Positions 10,408-19,730 of a stretch of DNA of 48,846 nucleotides are shown here, one piece after another (the stretch's first letter is position 1; every line of letters begins with the position of its first letter). The position numbers and the translations under genes are program-made. This DNA is from Nitrospiraceae bacterium (GTDB taxonomy: Bacteria > Nitrospirota > Nitrospiria > Nitrospirales > Nitrospiraceae), in contig JBBIQV010000020.1 of NCBI GenBank assembly GCA_037442105.1, positions 1 through 48,846 of the forward strand, given 5' to 3'. The notes beneath the pieces were generated by a model. It was not told the DNA's origin. It ran no database searches and saw only the letters and a program-made list of their open reading frames with translations.

Positions 10408-10785
10408 CTAGCCCGCATTATTCATGACGGTTCGTCGCGAAATCGCCTGTCTGCGTGTCCGCCCGCCTGCATGGCTGCGGGCAGGCACAGGCAGGCGCAG
10501 TCGCGTCGCGAGACGGGCACGCGGAGCCGGGGGACTGACGCCCTTCCCCGCGTCTGCGCGTGGTGTCTGTCCCCGTCCGAACCGGGACAGGCATCGTCGC
10601 GGACGACGGAGCCAGTCCCCAACAGTACGTCGAGGGGGGAAGCGGCGAGCCTGCCCGCCGCAGGCTTGCCTGCCCTGCGCCAAGCGGAGCGCGGCAGGCA
10701 GGTCGCAGCAGCCTGTCTGCCGTGCCTGGCACAGGCAGGCGAATGCGCGATTGCAGCAGAAGTGCTCATGAATAATGCGGGCTAG
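10408..10785. mobile_element. MITE-like element, copy 1 (with nested hairpin insertions)
   Basis: Perfect terminal IR ctagcccgcattattcatga / tcatgaataatgcgggctag; homologous to 35558-35728 and 45735-45950. Confidence 0.8.
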
Positions 10786-11330
10786 GGTCCCCACCGCATT
10801 CCAAACATGAGCGCGACGCTTGAGTGGTCCTTCTCCGGAAGAGAGGGTGCCAGGTTGATGTTGTGCAGATTGACCAGGAGCGTGCTCGATAGTGCGAGCT
10901 TAGGCGCGACCTGATACTCGAGCGAGACGCCGAGCGGGATATAGTGGCTGGTATCGTTGCGATCGATGCGGTTGGGTCCGGTCCCGCGATCGAGATCGGC
11001 ATGGATCAACCCCAAGCCGGCGAAGGGGACGACGTTGATGCCGTTGTTCAGGCGAAGATGATACTTTGCAACTCCGGCGACGGCGATCTGGGTCAAGTCT
11101 CCGGTCGGGCTGAGCAGCGCCATAGGGCCGAATGAAAAATTGCGGTCCACATAGTAATCCAGATTGAAACCGAGCGCGAAGACCGTGCCATCGACCGTGC
11201 CGCTCACAAAACCGATGTCTGTTCCGAAGCCCCAATGAGCGTCTTCCGCAGAAGACGGCGTCACCCAGAGAACGACGGCCAGCCACACTGCCAGTGCCAC
11301 ACTCGCGTATCGAGAGGCGATCGTGGTCAT
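10782..11330 (-). CDS. Small outer-membrane beta-barrel protein
   Basis: Signal peptide, alternating aromatic/hydrophobic strands, C-terminal FGMRW; AGGAG RBS. Confidence 0.8.
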   Translation of the reverse strand: MTTIASRYASVALAVWLAVVLWVTPSSAEDAHWGFGTDIGFVSGTVDGTVFALGFNLDYYVDRNFSFGPMALLSPTGDLTQIAVAGVAKYHLRLNNGINVVPFAGLGLIHADLDRGTGPNRIDRNDTSHYIPLGVSLEYQVAPKLALSSTLLVNLHNINLAPSLPEKDHSSVALMFGMRWGP

Positions 11331-11502
11331 GGAACTCCTTCTGTTGGTCGCAATGCGGCGCGGACTTTAGCACAGAGGCTCGAATGCGACAAGTCGGGTT
11401 GCGCGGTCGGGTCGCGCGTGAGCAAAATTTGGGCTTGCCGGTTGTGCTCCCTTTCGCTGTTGCGTTAAGCTGGCCGGCCATTTGTTCACAGCGAGTTGCG
11501 CC

Positions 11503-11994
11503 ATGTCTCCTGAACCGAAGACTCCCAAAGAGGCGGCCGAGGCCTTGTATTCTACGACGCCTCGCGCAATCTCCTGCGCGATGTTGAAAGAGTATGGCAT
11601 CGAGGCCACGGCGGCGCAGGCGGAAGAGATTACTCGTGAAGTGCTGTCCTTGAATTTGTATTGGGCCTCTGTCGCGATTGAGTTGTATCTCCCTCAGTTC
11701 CATGCCGTCATGTTCGACTACCTGCTGGAGTTGGTGCGGCGCGACTGGAGCGGCCAGTTCAAGTTGAGCCATGCGAAGTGGGCTGGCTACCGGCAGGAGA
11801 TGGAAGACCGCCAGCGCACCTATGCGAAGGCGGCTGAGTCAGACGGCAGTCCGCTGGCGGTTCAGACGGAGATGGGGGCTCTGTTGGAAGACAGGGGAAC
11901 AGTGCGCGAGGAAGACCGATCGAGGTTCCTGGCCTTGCTGGTCGATGTCGTCCAGGCCGAGACCTATAGCGAGCTGCTCAAGGGGCTGGGGTAA
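11503..11994 (+). CDS. Hypothetical protein
   Basis: About 163-aa helical ORF occupying the intergenic space; no recognised motif. Confidence 0.7.
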   Translation: MSPEPKTPKEAAEALYSTTPRAISCAMLKEYGIEATAAQAEEITREVLSLNLYWASVAIELYLPQFHAVMFDYLLELVRRDWSGQFKLSHAKWAGYRQEMEDRQRTYAKAAESDGSPLAVQTEMGALLEDRGTVREEDRSRFLALLVDVVQAETYSELLKGLG

Positions 11995-12026
11995 CGGGTG
12001 GTGTGCGTCACCACCGTGAGCCAGCG

Positions 12027-12632
12027 TCACAGATAGCGATGGGAGAGGACCTTCCCCTCATTGTCGAATTCGTAGAGCAGCGGAGCGCCGGTCGGGATGT
12101 TGAGCTCCAACACCTGCTCTTTTGAGAGCTGCTCGAGTTGCATCACGAGTGCCCGCAAGCTGTTCCCGTGGGCTGCGATGAGAATCGTTTCCCCTTTTAA
12201 CAGGTAGGGCTTGATGTGCGCTTCGTAATAGGGCAGGACGCGGTCGGCCGTATCTTTGAGGCTTTCGCCACCCGGTGGGCGCACATCGTAGCTGCGCCGC
12301 CAGATCTTGACCTGCGCGTCGCCGTACTTCCGTGCCGTCTCGGCCTTGTTGAGTCCCTGCAGGTCTCCATACATCCGTTCATTGAGGGCCTTATCTTTTT
12401 CGATGGGGATGGTGGGGTGTCCGATGACTTCCAGCACGAGGCGTAGGGTTTCAATGGCGCGTGTGAGTATGGACGTAAAGGCCCGGTCGAACCGATAGGC
12501 CATCAATTTCCTGCCCGCGGCCTTCGCTTCATCGATCCCTTTCGGCGACAGAGGTACGTCCACCCAGCCGGTGAAGCGGTTTTCCAAATTCCATTGCGAT
12601 TCTCCGTGACGCAGCAGCACGAGACGCGCCAT
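12027..12632 (-). CDS. gpmA: 2,3-bisphosphoglycerate-dependent phosphoglycerate mutase
   Basis: [41 protein letters not shown]. Confidence 0.96.
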   Translation of the reverse strand: MARLVLLRHGESQWNLENRFTGWVDVPLSPKGIDEAKAAGRKLMAYRFDRAFTSILTRAIETLRLVLEVIGHPTIPIEKDKALNERMYGDLQGLNKAETARKYGDAQVKIWRRSYDVRPPGGESLKDTADRVLPYYEAHIKPYLLKGETILIAAHGNSLRALVMQLEQLSKEQVLELNIPTGAPLLYEFDNEGKVLSHRYL

Positions 12633-12799
12633 GCTTATCTCCCTCCTGTTCGAGCGCATTATGATGTTCTTATTGCGCCAAGGATACGCGATCGCGAAAT
12701 CAAGTCAAGGGAGTGGTCGGGATGTGTGTTCCAGACGGTTGCAATCATCAAGGTGTGGCAGTACGATGCGCCGACTTTGCTCAGGTTTGATCATCGAGT

Positions 12800-13654
12800 G
12801 TGACAATGTCTTCTCCGGTCGGCTCTCCCCGGCGCGGGTGGCAGGCGCTTGAACAGTGGTGGTTGGAAATGGGCCGCCGCCTGCGCGTCGCCGAGCAGAC
12901 TCAGTCGTTCTTCCAGTGCGCAGCCAAGGGCGACTCGATACTCGATCGGGTGGAGCGGATCAGCGGCCAAGTCGACTATATCCTCTTTGTGTTGACCCGC
13001 TATTGGATTCCCACCGTGCTTCCACCTCCCGGGCGCGAACGGTTGTCGAAAGGAGAACAGGATTACTGGCTGGAGTCCGAGCAGATCCTCAAACATGCGG
13101 TGGCGCGGCTCCGTGAACTCAAGCCATTGATCGAGCTGCTGACGGCGCCTAATCCATTAACGTCAGATTCCGCCGTCCTCCCGGCTTCATCCGCTCCGCC
13201 GGTTGAAGTGGAACTCGCGAACATGTTGGAGGGGATCGCCGAAGTGGCGGGCGGTTACGGGGGACCGGACTATACGTCTGTCGTCAAGAACTTCGATCCG
13301 GTGCCACTGCGTCAAACGCAGCCGTTCAAGCACAACAAAAAGAATAGTGCCGAACTGTGGGTGGTGTTCTTGCTCCGCGAGCATTTCAAGAGTGTGGGGT
13401 TGGGGAAGGATCGGTATTGGCCGCTCGTAGCTGCGCTTTGCACCGCCGCGGGGATTCTCCAGCCGACCGGCCAGGCCTATAGCTCGGATGAACTCAAGTC
13501 GTGGTGGCAGAAGAATTGGCCGCGAACCTATACCCAATTGGAACAACAATCGCCGGCGGACCTCGGCGTGGCGGCGTACAAGCAGGATTTCGAATGGTTT
13601 CAGGCTTGGATTGATTGGCAGCGACGACGATCTCCGTTGCAGGCAGCAGGATGA
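12800..13654 (+). CDS. Hypothetical protein
   Basis: 284-aa Trp-rich ORF divergent from gpmA; no recognised motif. Confidence 0.65.
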   Translation: MTMSSPVGSPRRGWQALEQWWLEMGRRLRVAEQTQSFFQCAAKGDSILDRVERISGQVDYILFVLTRYWIPTVLPPPGRERLSKGEQDYWLESEQILKHAVARLRELKPLIELLTAPNPLTSDSAVLPASSAPPVEVELANMLEGIAEVAGGYGGPDYTSVVKNFDPVPLRQTQPFKHNKKNSAELWVVFLLREHFKSVGLGKDRYWPLVAALCTAAGILQPTGQAYSSDELKSWWQKNWPRTYTQLEQQSPADLGVAAYKQDFEWFQAWIDWQRRRSPLQAAG

Positions 13655-13666
13655 TCGGACTCGAGG

Positions 13667-14296
13667 CTACACGGTTCCAGTAGCAACAGGTCTGGTCTTC
13701 GGAGGAACCGGTTTCTCTTGGCCTGGAGGGCCGTCACGGAGAATGGCGATCAGTAACGCGATTTTTAGCGCAAACAAGCCAACGCCGACCCACACGACAT
13801 AAGGCTGCACTCCTCCTCCATCGCTGAGCATCTTGTTTCGGACCTCCAAGTCGAGCGTGCGCTGGCTCTTGATCTTGGCGAGTTGCTCTGTGGCGTGCCA
13901 AAAGTAGATGTAATTCGCGCTGACCCCCGCCATGACCCGCCAGACTAGGTCTGCCGACAGGTCTTGAGTGAAGTAGAAGGCGACGACCGGCCCAACGGCG
14001 TAGACCAATGCGTACAGATACATTTTGCGATATAAGAACCAGAGGAAGGGCTCGAAGAGAAACGCCGGCCAGTGCCATGTGAGGGCGAATCGGGGACCTC
14101 CCGGTCCCGAAAATTTCTTGAAGGTCGCGAGATAGCGATCCGCGTTGGGTCCGATGAACGAACGCCAGAGCTGCTCTTCGCTCGGCGGGGTGCCGGACTC
14201 GGCCCCGGATTCCACCATCGCGAAGGCCTGGCCGCATTGCTGGCAGAATTTGGCGTCGTCGGGGTTCGTTTGCTGACAAGCCTCGCAGACTTTCAT
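13667..14296 (-). CDS. Zinc-ribbon + DUF2628-like membrane protein
   Basis: CEAC..FCQQCG zinc ribbon, WHWPAFLF..LWFLYRKMY motif, TM helices. Confidence 0.8.
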   Translation of the reverse strand: MKVCEACQQTNPDDAKFCQQCGQAFAMVESGAESGTPPSEEQLWRSFIGPNADRYLATFKKFSGPGGPRFALTWHWPAFLFEPFLWFLYRKMYLYALVYAVGPVVAFYFTQDLSADLVWRVMAGVSANYIYFWHATEQLAKIKSQRTLDLEVRNKMLSDGGGVQPYVVWVGVGLFALKIALLIAILRDGPPGQEKPVPPKTRPVATGTV

Positions 14297-14462
14297 CGCC
14301 GCAAGCTTAGCACAATTGGTTTGCATTGCGGTGCAATGCCACCCAAATTGGCACGAATGTCTCTCGAAATGGGGAGGAGAGGGGCTCTGCGCCGGATATC
14401 TATATTGCTTTCATCCGTTTCCTGTGTTAGCTTCCCTTGCTTTACAAGGGGATACGAAACCT

Positions 14463-15656
14463 ATGCCGACAGAAGAACTGCGACAGGACGCTGAACACTA
14501 CTTGATGCACACCTATGCTCGACTGCCGATTTCCATCGTTCGTGGGCGCGGGTGTCGCGTGTATGACTTGGAAGGACGGGAATATCTCGACTTCGTCGCC
14601 GGGATTGCCGTGAATGTGCTCGGTCATGGCCACCCTGATCTTGTGGCCGCGATTCAACGGCAGGCGCAACAACTGCTCCATGTGTCGAATCTTTATTACA
14701 CGGAACCGCAGGTCAAGTTGGCGCGGGCGTTGGTCGATCACTCTTTCGCGGACAAGGTCTTTTTCTGCAACAGCGGCGCGGAGGCGAACGAAGCGGCCAT
14801 CAAGTTGGCCCGCCGGTATTCGTTCGAAAAGTACGGGCCTGGCCGGCACGAGATCATCACCATGCGGAACTCCTTCCACGGCCGGACCCTGGCGACCTTG
14901 ACGGCGACCGGCCAAGAGAAGGTCAGGAAGGGTTATGACCCGCTCGTACCCGGCTTCACGTATGTGCCGTTCGACGATTACGACGAAATCGAGAAGGCGC
15001 TCAATGACAAGACTGCGGCGGTGCTGCTGGAGCCGATCCAGGGCGAGGGCGGGGTCCATGTTGCCGGCCGGAGCTACCTCGCGTCGCTCCGGGATTTGTG
15101 CCAGCGGCGGGACGTACTGCTGATCTTCGATGAAATCCAGACTGGGATGGGACGGACCGGAACCTTGTTCGCTTATGAGCAGTTAGGCGTGCAGCCCGAC
15201 ATCATGACTTTGGCGAAAGGTTTGGGTGGAGGCGTTCCCATCGGGGCCTGCATGGCGACAGACGCGGTGGCGCAAGCCTTCACGCCCGGCGCGCACGCGT
15301 CCACGTTCGGCGGCAACTTGCTGGCTTGCGCAGCAGGATTGGCGGTCATGGAAGTATTGCTCGAAGGCCGTCTGTTGGACCAAGCTCGCCGGATGGGAGA
15401 GTCGCTGGCCAAGGGCCTCGCCGAGTGCCGGGATCGCCATCGGGTTGTGAAGGAAGTCAGAGGGCTCGGTCTCTTGCAAGGGATGGAGCTGACGGTTGAT
15501 GCGAAAGCAGTCGTAATGGAGTGCATGGCTCGAGGCCTTTTGATCAACAGCACCGGCGAGCGGGTGCTGCGATTCGTGCCGCCGCTGGTCGTCACGCAGC
15601 GCGATATCGATCGGCTGATCGATACGCTCTCACAGGTACTCAATAAGCGGGTGTAG
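14463..15656 (+). CDS. argD: Acetylornithine aminotransferase
   Basis: NSGAEANE, SFHGRT, DEIQTGMGRTG, AKGLGGG; first gene of the arg cluster. Confidence 0.95.
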   Translation: MPTEELRQDAEHYLMHTYARLPISIVRGRGCRVYDLEGREYLDFVAGIAVNVLGHGHPDLVAAIQRQAQQLLHVSNLYYTEPQVKLARALVDHSFADKVFFCNSGAEANEAAIKLARRYSFEKYGPGRHEIITMRNSFHGRTLATLTATGQEKVRKGYDPLVPGFTYVPFDDYDEIEKALNDKTAAVLLEPIQGEGGVHVAGRSYLASLRDLCQRRDVLLIFDEIQTGMGRTGTLFAYEQLGVQPDIMTLAKGLGGGVPIGACMATDAVAQAFTPGAHASTFGGNLLACAAGLAVMEVLLEGRLLDQARRMGESLAKGLAECRDRHRVVKEVRGLGLLQGMELTVDAKAVVMECMARGLLINSTGERVLRFVPPLVVTQRDIDRLIDTLSQVLNKRV

Positions 15657-15671
15657 GAAGCGCTAAAAAAG

Positions 15672-16658
15672 ATGGCAAGACAAGCGCGCGTGAACAGTGA
15701 AAGGCAACGGCCTGCGGGGGGGTGGGGGAAAGACCTGCTCGGGCTCGCTCCGATTCCACGGCACGAGATCGAGGCCTTGGTGCGCCTGGCCGCCGATCTG
15801 AAGGCCCGGCATCGTCGAAGGCTGCCCCATGCCTGGTTGGCCGGCAAGACGATCGGGCTGTTATTCCAGAAACCTTCGACGCGGACGCGGGTCTCCTTCC
15901 AAGCCGGCATGAATCAGTTGGGCGGCGAGGCGATCGTGATGCCGATGGCGGAGATCCAACTGTCTCGTGGCGAAAGCATTGCAGACACAGCCCGAGTGCT
16001 GTCGCGGTATCTCGACGGGTTGGTCGTGCGCACATACGATCATGGGACGGTCGAGGAATGGGCGAGAGAGGCGACCATCCCGGTGATCAACGGGCTCACC
16101 GACTTGAGCCATCCCTGCCAGGCCTTGTCTGATCTGCTCACGATCCAGGAACAAAAGGGCCGGCTGAAGGGATTGCGAATCGCCTATGTCGGGGATGGCA
16201 ACAACGTCGCCAATTCTCTGATCGAGGCGGCGGCCAAGGTGGGAATGAGCATTGCGCTCGGATGTCCGTCGGGCTACCAACCGGACCAACATACGGTGGA
16301 TGTGGCGCGGCTTGAAGCGCAGGCTATGGGCAGCGTGATCGAGATCGGAGTCGATCCCCATGTCGCGGTCAAAGGAGCCGATGTGGTGTATACCGATGTG
16401 TGGATCAGCATGGGGCGAGAACGGGAGCACGCGCGCCGTCTCAAAGCTCTCTCGCCTTACCAATTGAACAGTCGGCTGCTGCGGGGAGCGAAACCCGACG
16501 CCATTGTGATGCACTGCCTGCCGGCGCATCGTGGCGAAGAGATCACGGCCGAGCTCCTCGACGGCCGGCAATCGGTCGTTCTCGATCAGGCGGAGAATCG
16601 CCTGCACATGCAGAAGGCGATTTTGGCGACGTTACTTCACGGCAAAAGGAAAAAGTAA
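15672..16658 (+). CDS. argF: Ornithine carbamoyltransferase
   Basis: STRTR, HPCQ, WISMG, HCLP. Confidence 0.96.
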   Translation: MARQARVNSERQRPAGGWGKDLLGLAPIPRHEIEALVRLAADLKARHRRRLPHAWLAGKTIGLLFQKPSTRTRVSFQAGMNQLGGEAIVMPMAEIQLSRGESIADTARVLSRYLDGLVVRTYDHGTVEEWAREATIPVINGLTDLSHPCQALSDLLTIQEQKGRLKGLRIAYVGDGNNVANSLIEAAAKVGMSIALGCPSGYQPDQHTVDVARLEAQAMGSVIEIGVDPHVAVKGADVVYTDVWISMGREREHARRLKALSPYQLNSRLLRGAKPDAIVMHCLPAHRGEEITAELLDGRQSVVLDQAENRLHMQKAILATLLHGKRKK

Positions 16659-16677
16659 AAAGGTAAAAAGAGTTCAG

Positions 16678-17892
16678 ATGAAACGACAATCGATCAAGAA
16701 GGTGGTGTTAGCCTACTCGGGTGGGCTGGACACATCCGTCATCCTGAAGTGGCTGCAGGAAACATACGGGTGCGAGGTGGTGGCGTTCTGCGCCGATCTC
16801 GGCCAGGGCGAGGATTTGAAGGCAGTCAAGGCCAAGGCCAAGGCGCTCGGGGTCGAGCGAGTGTATGTCGAAGACCTCCGCGAAGTGTTCGTCAAGGAGC
16901 ATATTTTCCCGATGCTGCGCGGGAACGCCGTCTATGAGGGGAGCTATCTCCTCGGGACCTCCATCGCCCGGCCCCTCATCGCCCGACGGCAGATTGAAAT
17001 CGCCAAGAAGGAAGGCGCAGACGCGGTTTCGCACGGCTCGACGGGCAAGGGCAACGATCAAGTACGCTTCGAAGTCACCTATATGGCGATCGATCCGAAG
17101 ATCCGAATCATCGCGCCGTGGCGCGACTGGGCGTTCCGGTCCCGCCGGGAATTGATCGAATATGCTGAGCGGCATGGGATTCCCGTGACGGCTACCAAAG
17201 CGAAGCCCTATAGCATGGATATGAACCTGTTCCATGTCAGTTATGAAGGCGGCATCCTGGAAGATCCTTGGGAGGCGCCGCCGGAAGAGATTTTCCATAT
17301 GACCGTCTCGCCGGAGCGGGCTCCTGACAAGCCGCGCGAGATCGAACTCGAGTATGAGAAGGGCAACCCTATTGCGGTGGACGGCAAGAAGATGGCGCCG
17401 GCGACATTGCTGGCGTATCTCAATCGCGTGGGTGGCGAACATGGCGTGGGGCGTGTCGATCTGGTCGAGAACCGCTACGTCGGCATCAAATCACGGGGAG
17501 TCTACGAGACGCCGGGTGGAACCATTCTACACGCAGCCCATCGAGGATTGGAGTCGCTGACGATGGACCGCGAGGTCTTGCACTTGCGCGATAGCCTGAT
17601 TCCGCGCTATGCGGAACTGATCTATTACGGGTATTGGTACAGCCCTGAACGGGAGATGCTGCAGAAGGCGATCGACGAGGCGCAGCAGGACGTCAGCGGG
17701 ACAGCGCGCGTGAAGTTATACAAGGGTAACTGCACGGTGGTCGGCCGCCGTTCGAAACAGTCGCTCTACCGGTTGGACATGGCCACATTCGAAGAAGACG
17801 AAGTCTATCGCCAGAAGGACGCGGAGGGTTTCATTCGGTTGAGTGCACTGCGGCTCGCCATTCGCGCCCAGCGAAAGAAAGCGTCCCAATAA
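16678..17892 (+). CDS. argG: Argininosuccinate synthase
   Basis: [34 protein letters not shown]. Confidence 0.97.
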   Translation: MKRQSIKKVVLAYSGGLDTSVILKWLQETYGCEVVAFCADLGQGEDLKAVKAKAKALGVERVYVEDLREVFVKEHIFPMLRGNAVYEGSYLLGTSIARPLIARRQIEIAKKEGADAVSHGSTGKGNDQVRFEVTYMAIDPKIRIIAPWRDWAFRSRRELIEYAERHGIPVTATKAKPYSMDMNLFHVSYEGGILEDPWEAPPEEIFHMTVSPERAPDKPREIELEYEKGNPIAVDGKKMAPATLLAYLNRVGGEHGVGRVDLVENRYVGIKSRGVYETPGGTILHAAHRGLESLTMDREVLHLRDSLIPRYAELIYYGYWYSPEREMLQKAIDEAQQDVSGTARVKLYKGNCTVVGRRSKQSLYRLDMATFEEDEVYRQKDAEGFIRLSALRLAIRAQRKKASQ

Positions 17893-17970
17893 TCGCACAA
17901 GGCGTGAATACCGGGACTGTGCCTCTCAGTGCCCACTCTTCAACAGATGGAGGAACAGACACAACGCGTT

Positions 17971-19356
17971 ATGGCGAAGTTGCACAGTAAGGCCTGGGCC
18001 GGGCGGTTCCGGGAACCGACGGATCGCCTCGTCGAAGCCTTTACCTCTTCCCTCTCCGTGGATCGTCGCCTCTACGCTCAGGATATTCGGGGCAGTGTGG
18101 TGCACTGCAAGACGTTGGTGCGGGCGAAGGTATTGACACAGCAGGAAGCCGGTAGGATTATTCGGGGACTGGCGAAGGTGAAAGCCGAGTTGGATGGCTC
18201 GCGGTTCCGCTTCAAAGCCGAGGACGAAGACATCCACATGGCGATCGAGCGGCGGCTGACCGAGTTGATCGGGCCGCTGGGCGGGAAGCTGCACACCGGG
18301 CGGAGCCGGAACGATCAGGTGGCCTTGGATATCCGGCTGTACCTGCGGGACGTGTTGAACGATCTGGTTCAGAAGATGGCATCGTTCCAGCGCGCGTTGC
18401 TTGTGCAAGCTCGATCCCATCGCGATGTGGCGATGCCCGGCTATACCCATCTTCAGCGGGCTCAGCCGGTGTTGCTCGCGCATCATCTCCTGGCTTATGT
18501 GGAGATGATCGAGCGGGACAAAGGACGGATCCACGATGCGTTGGCGCGGTTGGACGTCATGCCGTTGGGTTCCGGCGCGCTGGCCGGTAGCAACTATCCG
18601 GTGGATCGCCGCTACGCGGCTAAGCTGCTCGGATTCGGCGCGATGACCCATAACAGCCTGGACGCCGTGTCGGACCGTGACTTCGCCGTGGAAGTGGTGG
18701 CTGCCTTGTCTCTCGTGATGATGCACCTGTCGCGACTCAGCGAGGAGTTGATCCTCTGGGCCTCCCAAGAGTTTCAGTTCGTGGAACTGCCGGATGCGTT
18801 TTGCACAGGCAGCAGTATGATGCCGCAAAAGAAGAATCCCGACGTGCCGGAATTGGTCCGAGGCAAGACGGGGCGGGTCTATGGGCACCTCCTCGGCCTT
18901 CTGACCACGCTCAAGGGGCTGCCCTTGAGTTATAACCGTGATCTCCAGGAAGATAAGGAGGCCCTGTTCGATGCGCTCGACACGGTGGCTTCTTCCCTCG
19001 CTGTCTACACCGCGTTGGTCAAACGGGTACAAGTGAACCGCCGTGTGCTCCAGAACGCTGCGACCGGAGGCGGGATGTTGGCAACCGAGCTGGCCGACTA
19101 TCTGGTGACCAAGGGAGTGCCCTTTCGCGAGGCGCATGCCATCACGGGGCGCATCGTCCGATCCTGTGTCGAACGCCGGTGCGAGCTGCAAGATCTCACG
19201 CTCGCAGACTTGCGCGCATTTTCTGACCGGTTCGACCGGGACGTCCTGAGACGTCTTACAGTCGAAAGCGCGATTGACCGCAAGGCGCAAATTGGCGGAA
19301 CGGCCCGCAGGCGCGTGGAAACCCGCATCAAAGAACTGGAGAAGATGCTGGCGTGA
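17971..19356 (+). CDS. argH: Argininosuccinate lyase (start may be further upstream)
   Basis: HTGRSRNDQ, GYTHLQRAQP, GSSMMPQKKNPD, YNRDLQEDK. Confidence 0.96.
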   Translation: MAKLHSKAWAGRFREPTDRLVEAFTSSLSVDRRLYAQDIRGSVVHCKTLVRAKVLTQQEAGRIIRGLAKVKAELDGSRFRFKAEDEDIHMAIERRLTELIGPLGGKLHTGRSRNDQVALDIRLYLRDVLNDLVQKMASFQRALLVQARSHRDVAMPGYTHLQRAQPVLLAHHLLAYVEMIERDKGRIHDALARLDVMPLGSGALAGSNYPVDRRYAAKLLGFGAMTHNSLDAVSDRDFAVEVVAALSLVMMHLSRLSEELILWASQEFQFVELPDAFCTGSSMMPQKKNPDVPELVRGKTGRVYGHLLGLLTTLKGLPLSYNRDLQEDKEALFDALDTVASSLAVYTALVKRVQVNRRVLQNAATGGGMLATELADYLVTKGVPFREAHAITGRIVRSCVERRCELQDLTLADLRAFSDRFDRDVLRRLTVESAIDRKAQIGGTARRRVETRIKELEKMLA

Positions 19357-19625
19357 TGGCAGAAAGACCACTGGTCGGTCTCTTGCTGGTTGGTCTGGCG
19401 GTGGTGAGTGGTGGATGTGGAGTCATCGGGCCACCGGTGGCGCCGGAAGATGTCGGTCTTGGTCCTCGGATCGAGATGATGAAGAAACAAGAGGCCGCGG
19501 AACGTGAGCGGGCGGCCAAGAAGCAGCCAATCCCGCCGGTCGAGCCCGAGGTTGTCAATGGGGTACGACCTGCTCCGGAAGAGGAAGTGCCGTTGCCTCC
19601 ATTGATGCCGGTCGGCGGGCGCTAA
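19353..19625 (+). CDS. Small Pro-rich lipoprotein (LptM/YifL-like)
   Basis: Lipobox SGGC followed by GVIGPPVAP, resembling the GCGxxGP motif of lipoproteins found upstream of lysA/dapF. Confidence 0.65.
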   Translation: MMAERPLVGLLLVGLAVVSGGCGVIGPPVAPEDVGLGPRIEMMKKQEAAERERAAKKQPIPPVEPEVVNGVRPAPEEEVPLPPLMPVGGR

Positions 19626-19730
19626 CCAGGCGCACAGGCTCATCGCATCGGCGGTGGGGGCAAATCAGAAACGAACGGCGGAAAGGCAGTGAGAGGGCAC
19701 GTTGCGCTCGCGCCGTGAGAGGAGAGAAGG

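Noticed and set aside
10408..10794. Cluster of 70-128 aa ORFs on both strands
   Set aside because: They arise from the GC-rich palindromic MITE; low-complexity Arg/Ala/Pro translations
17926..19371. 481-aa antisense ORF (and similar ones opposite lysA, rmuC, panC, dndC and the transposase)
   Set aside because: Antisense shadows of well-supported genes
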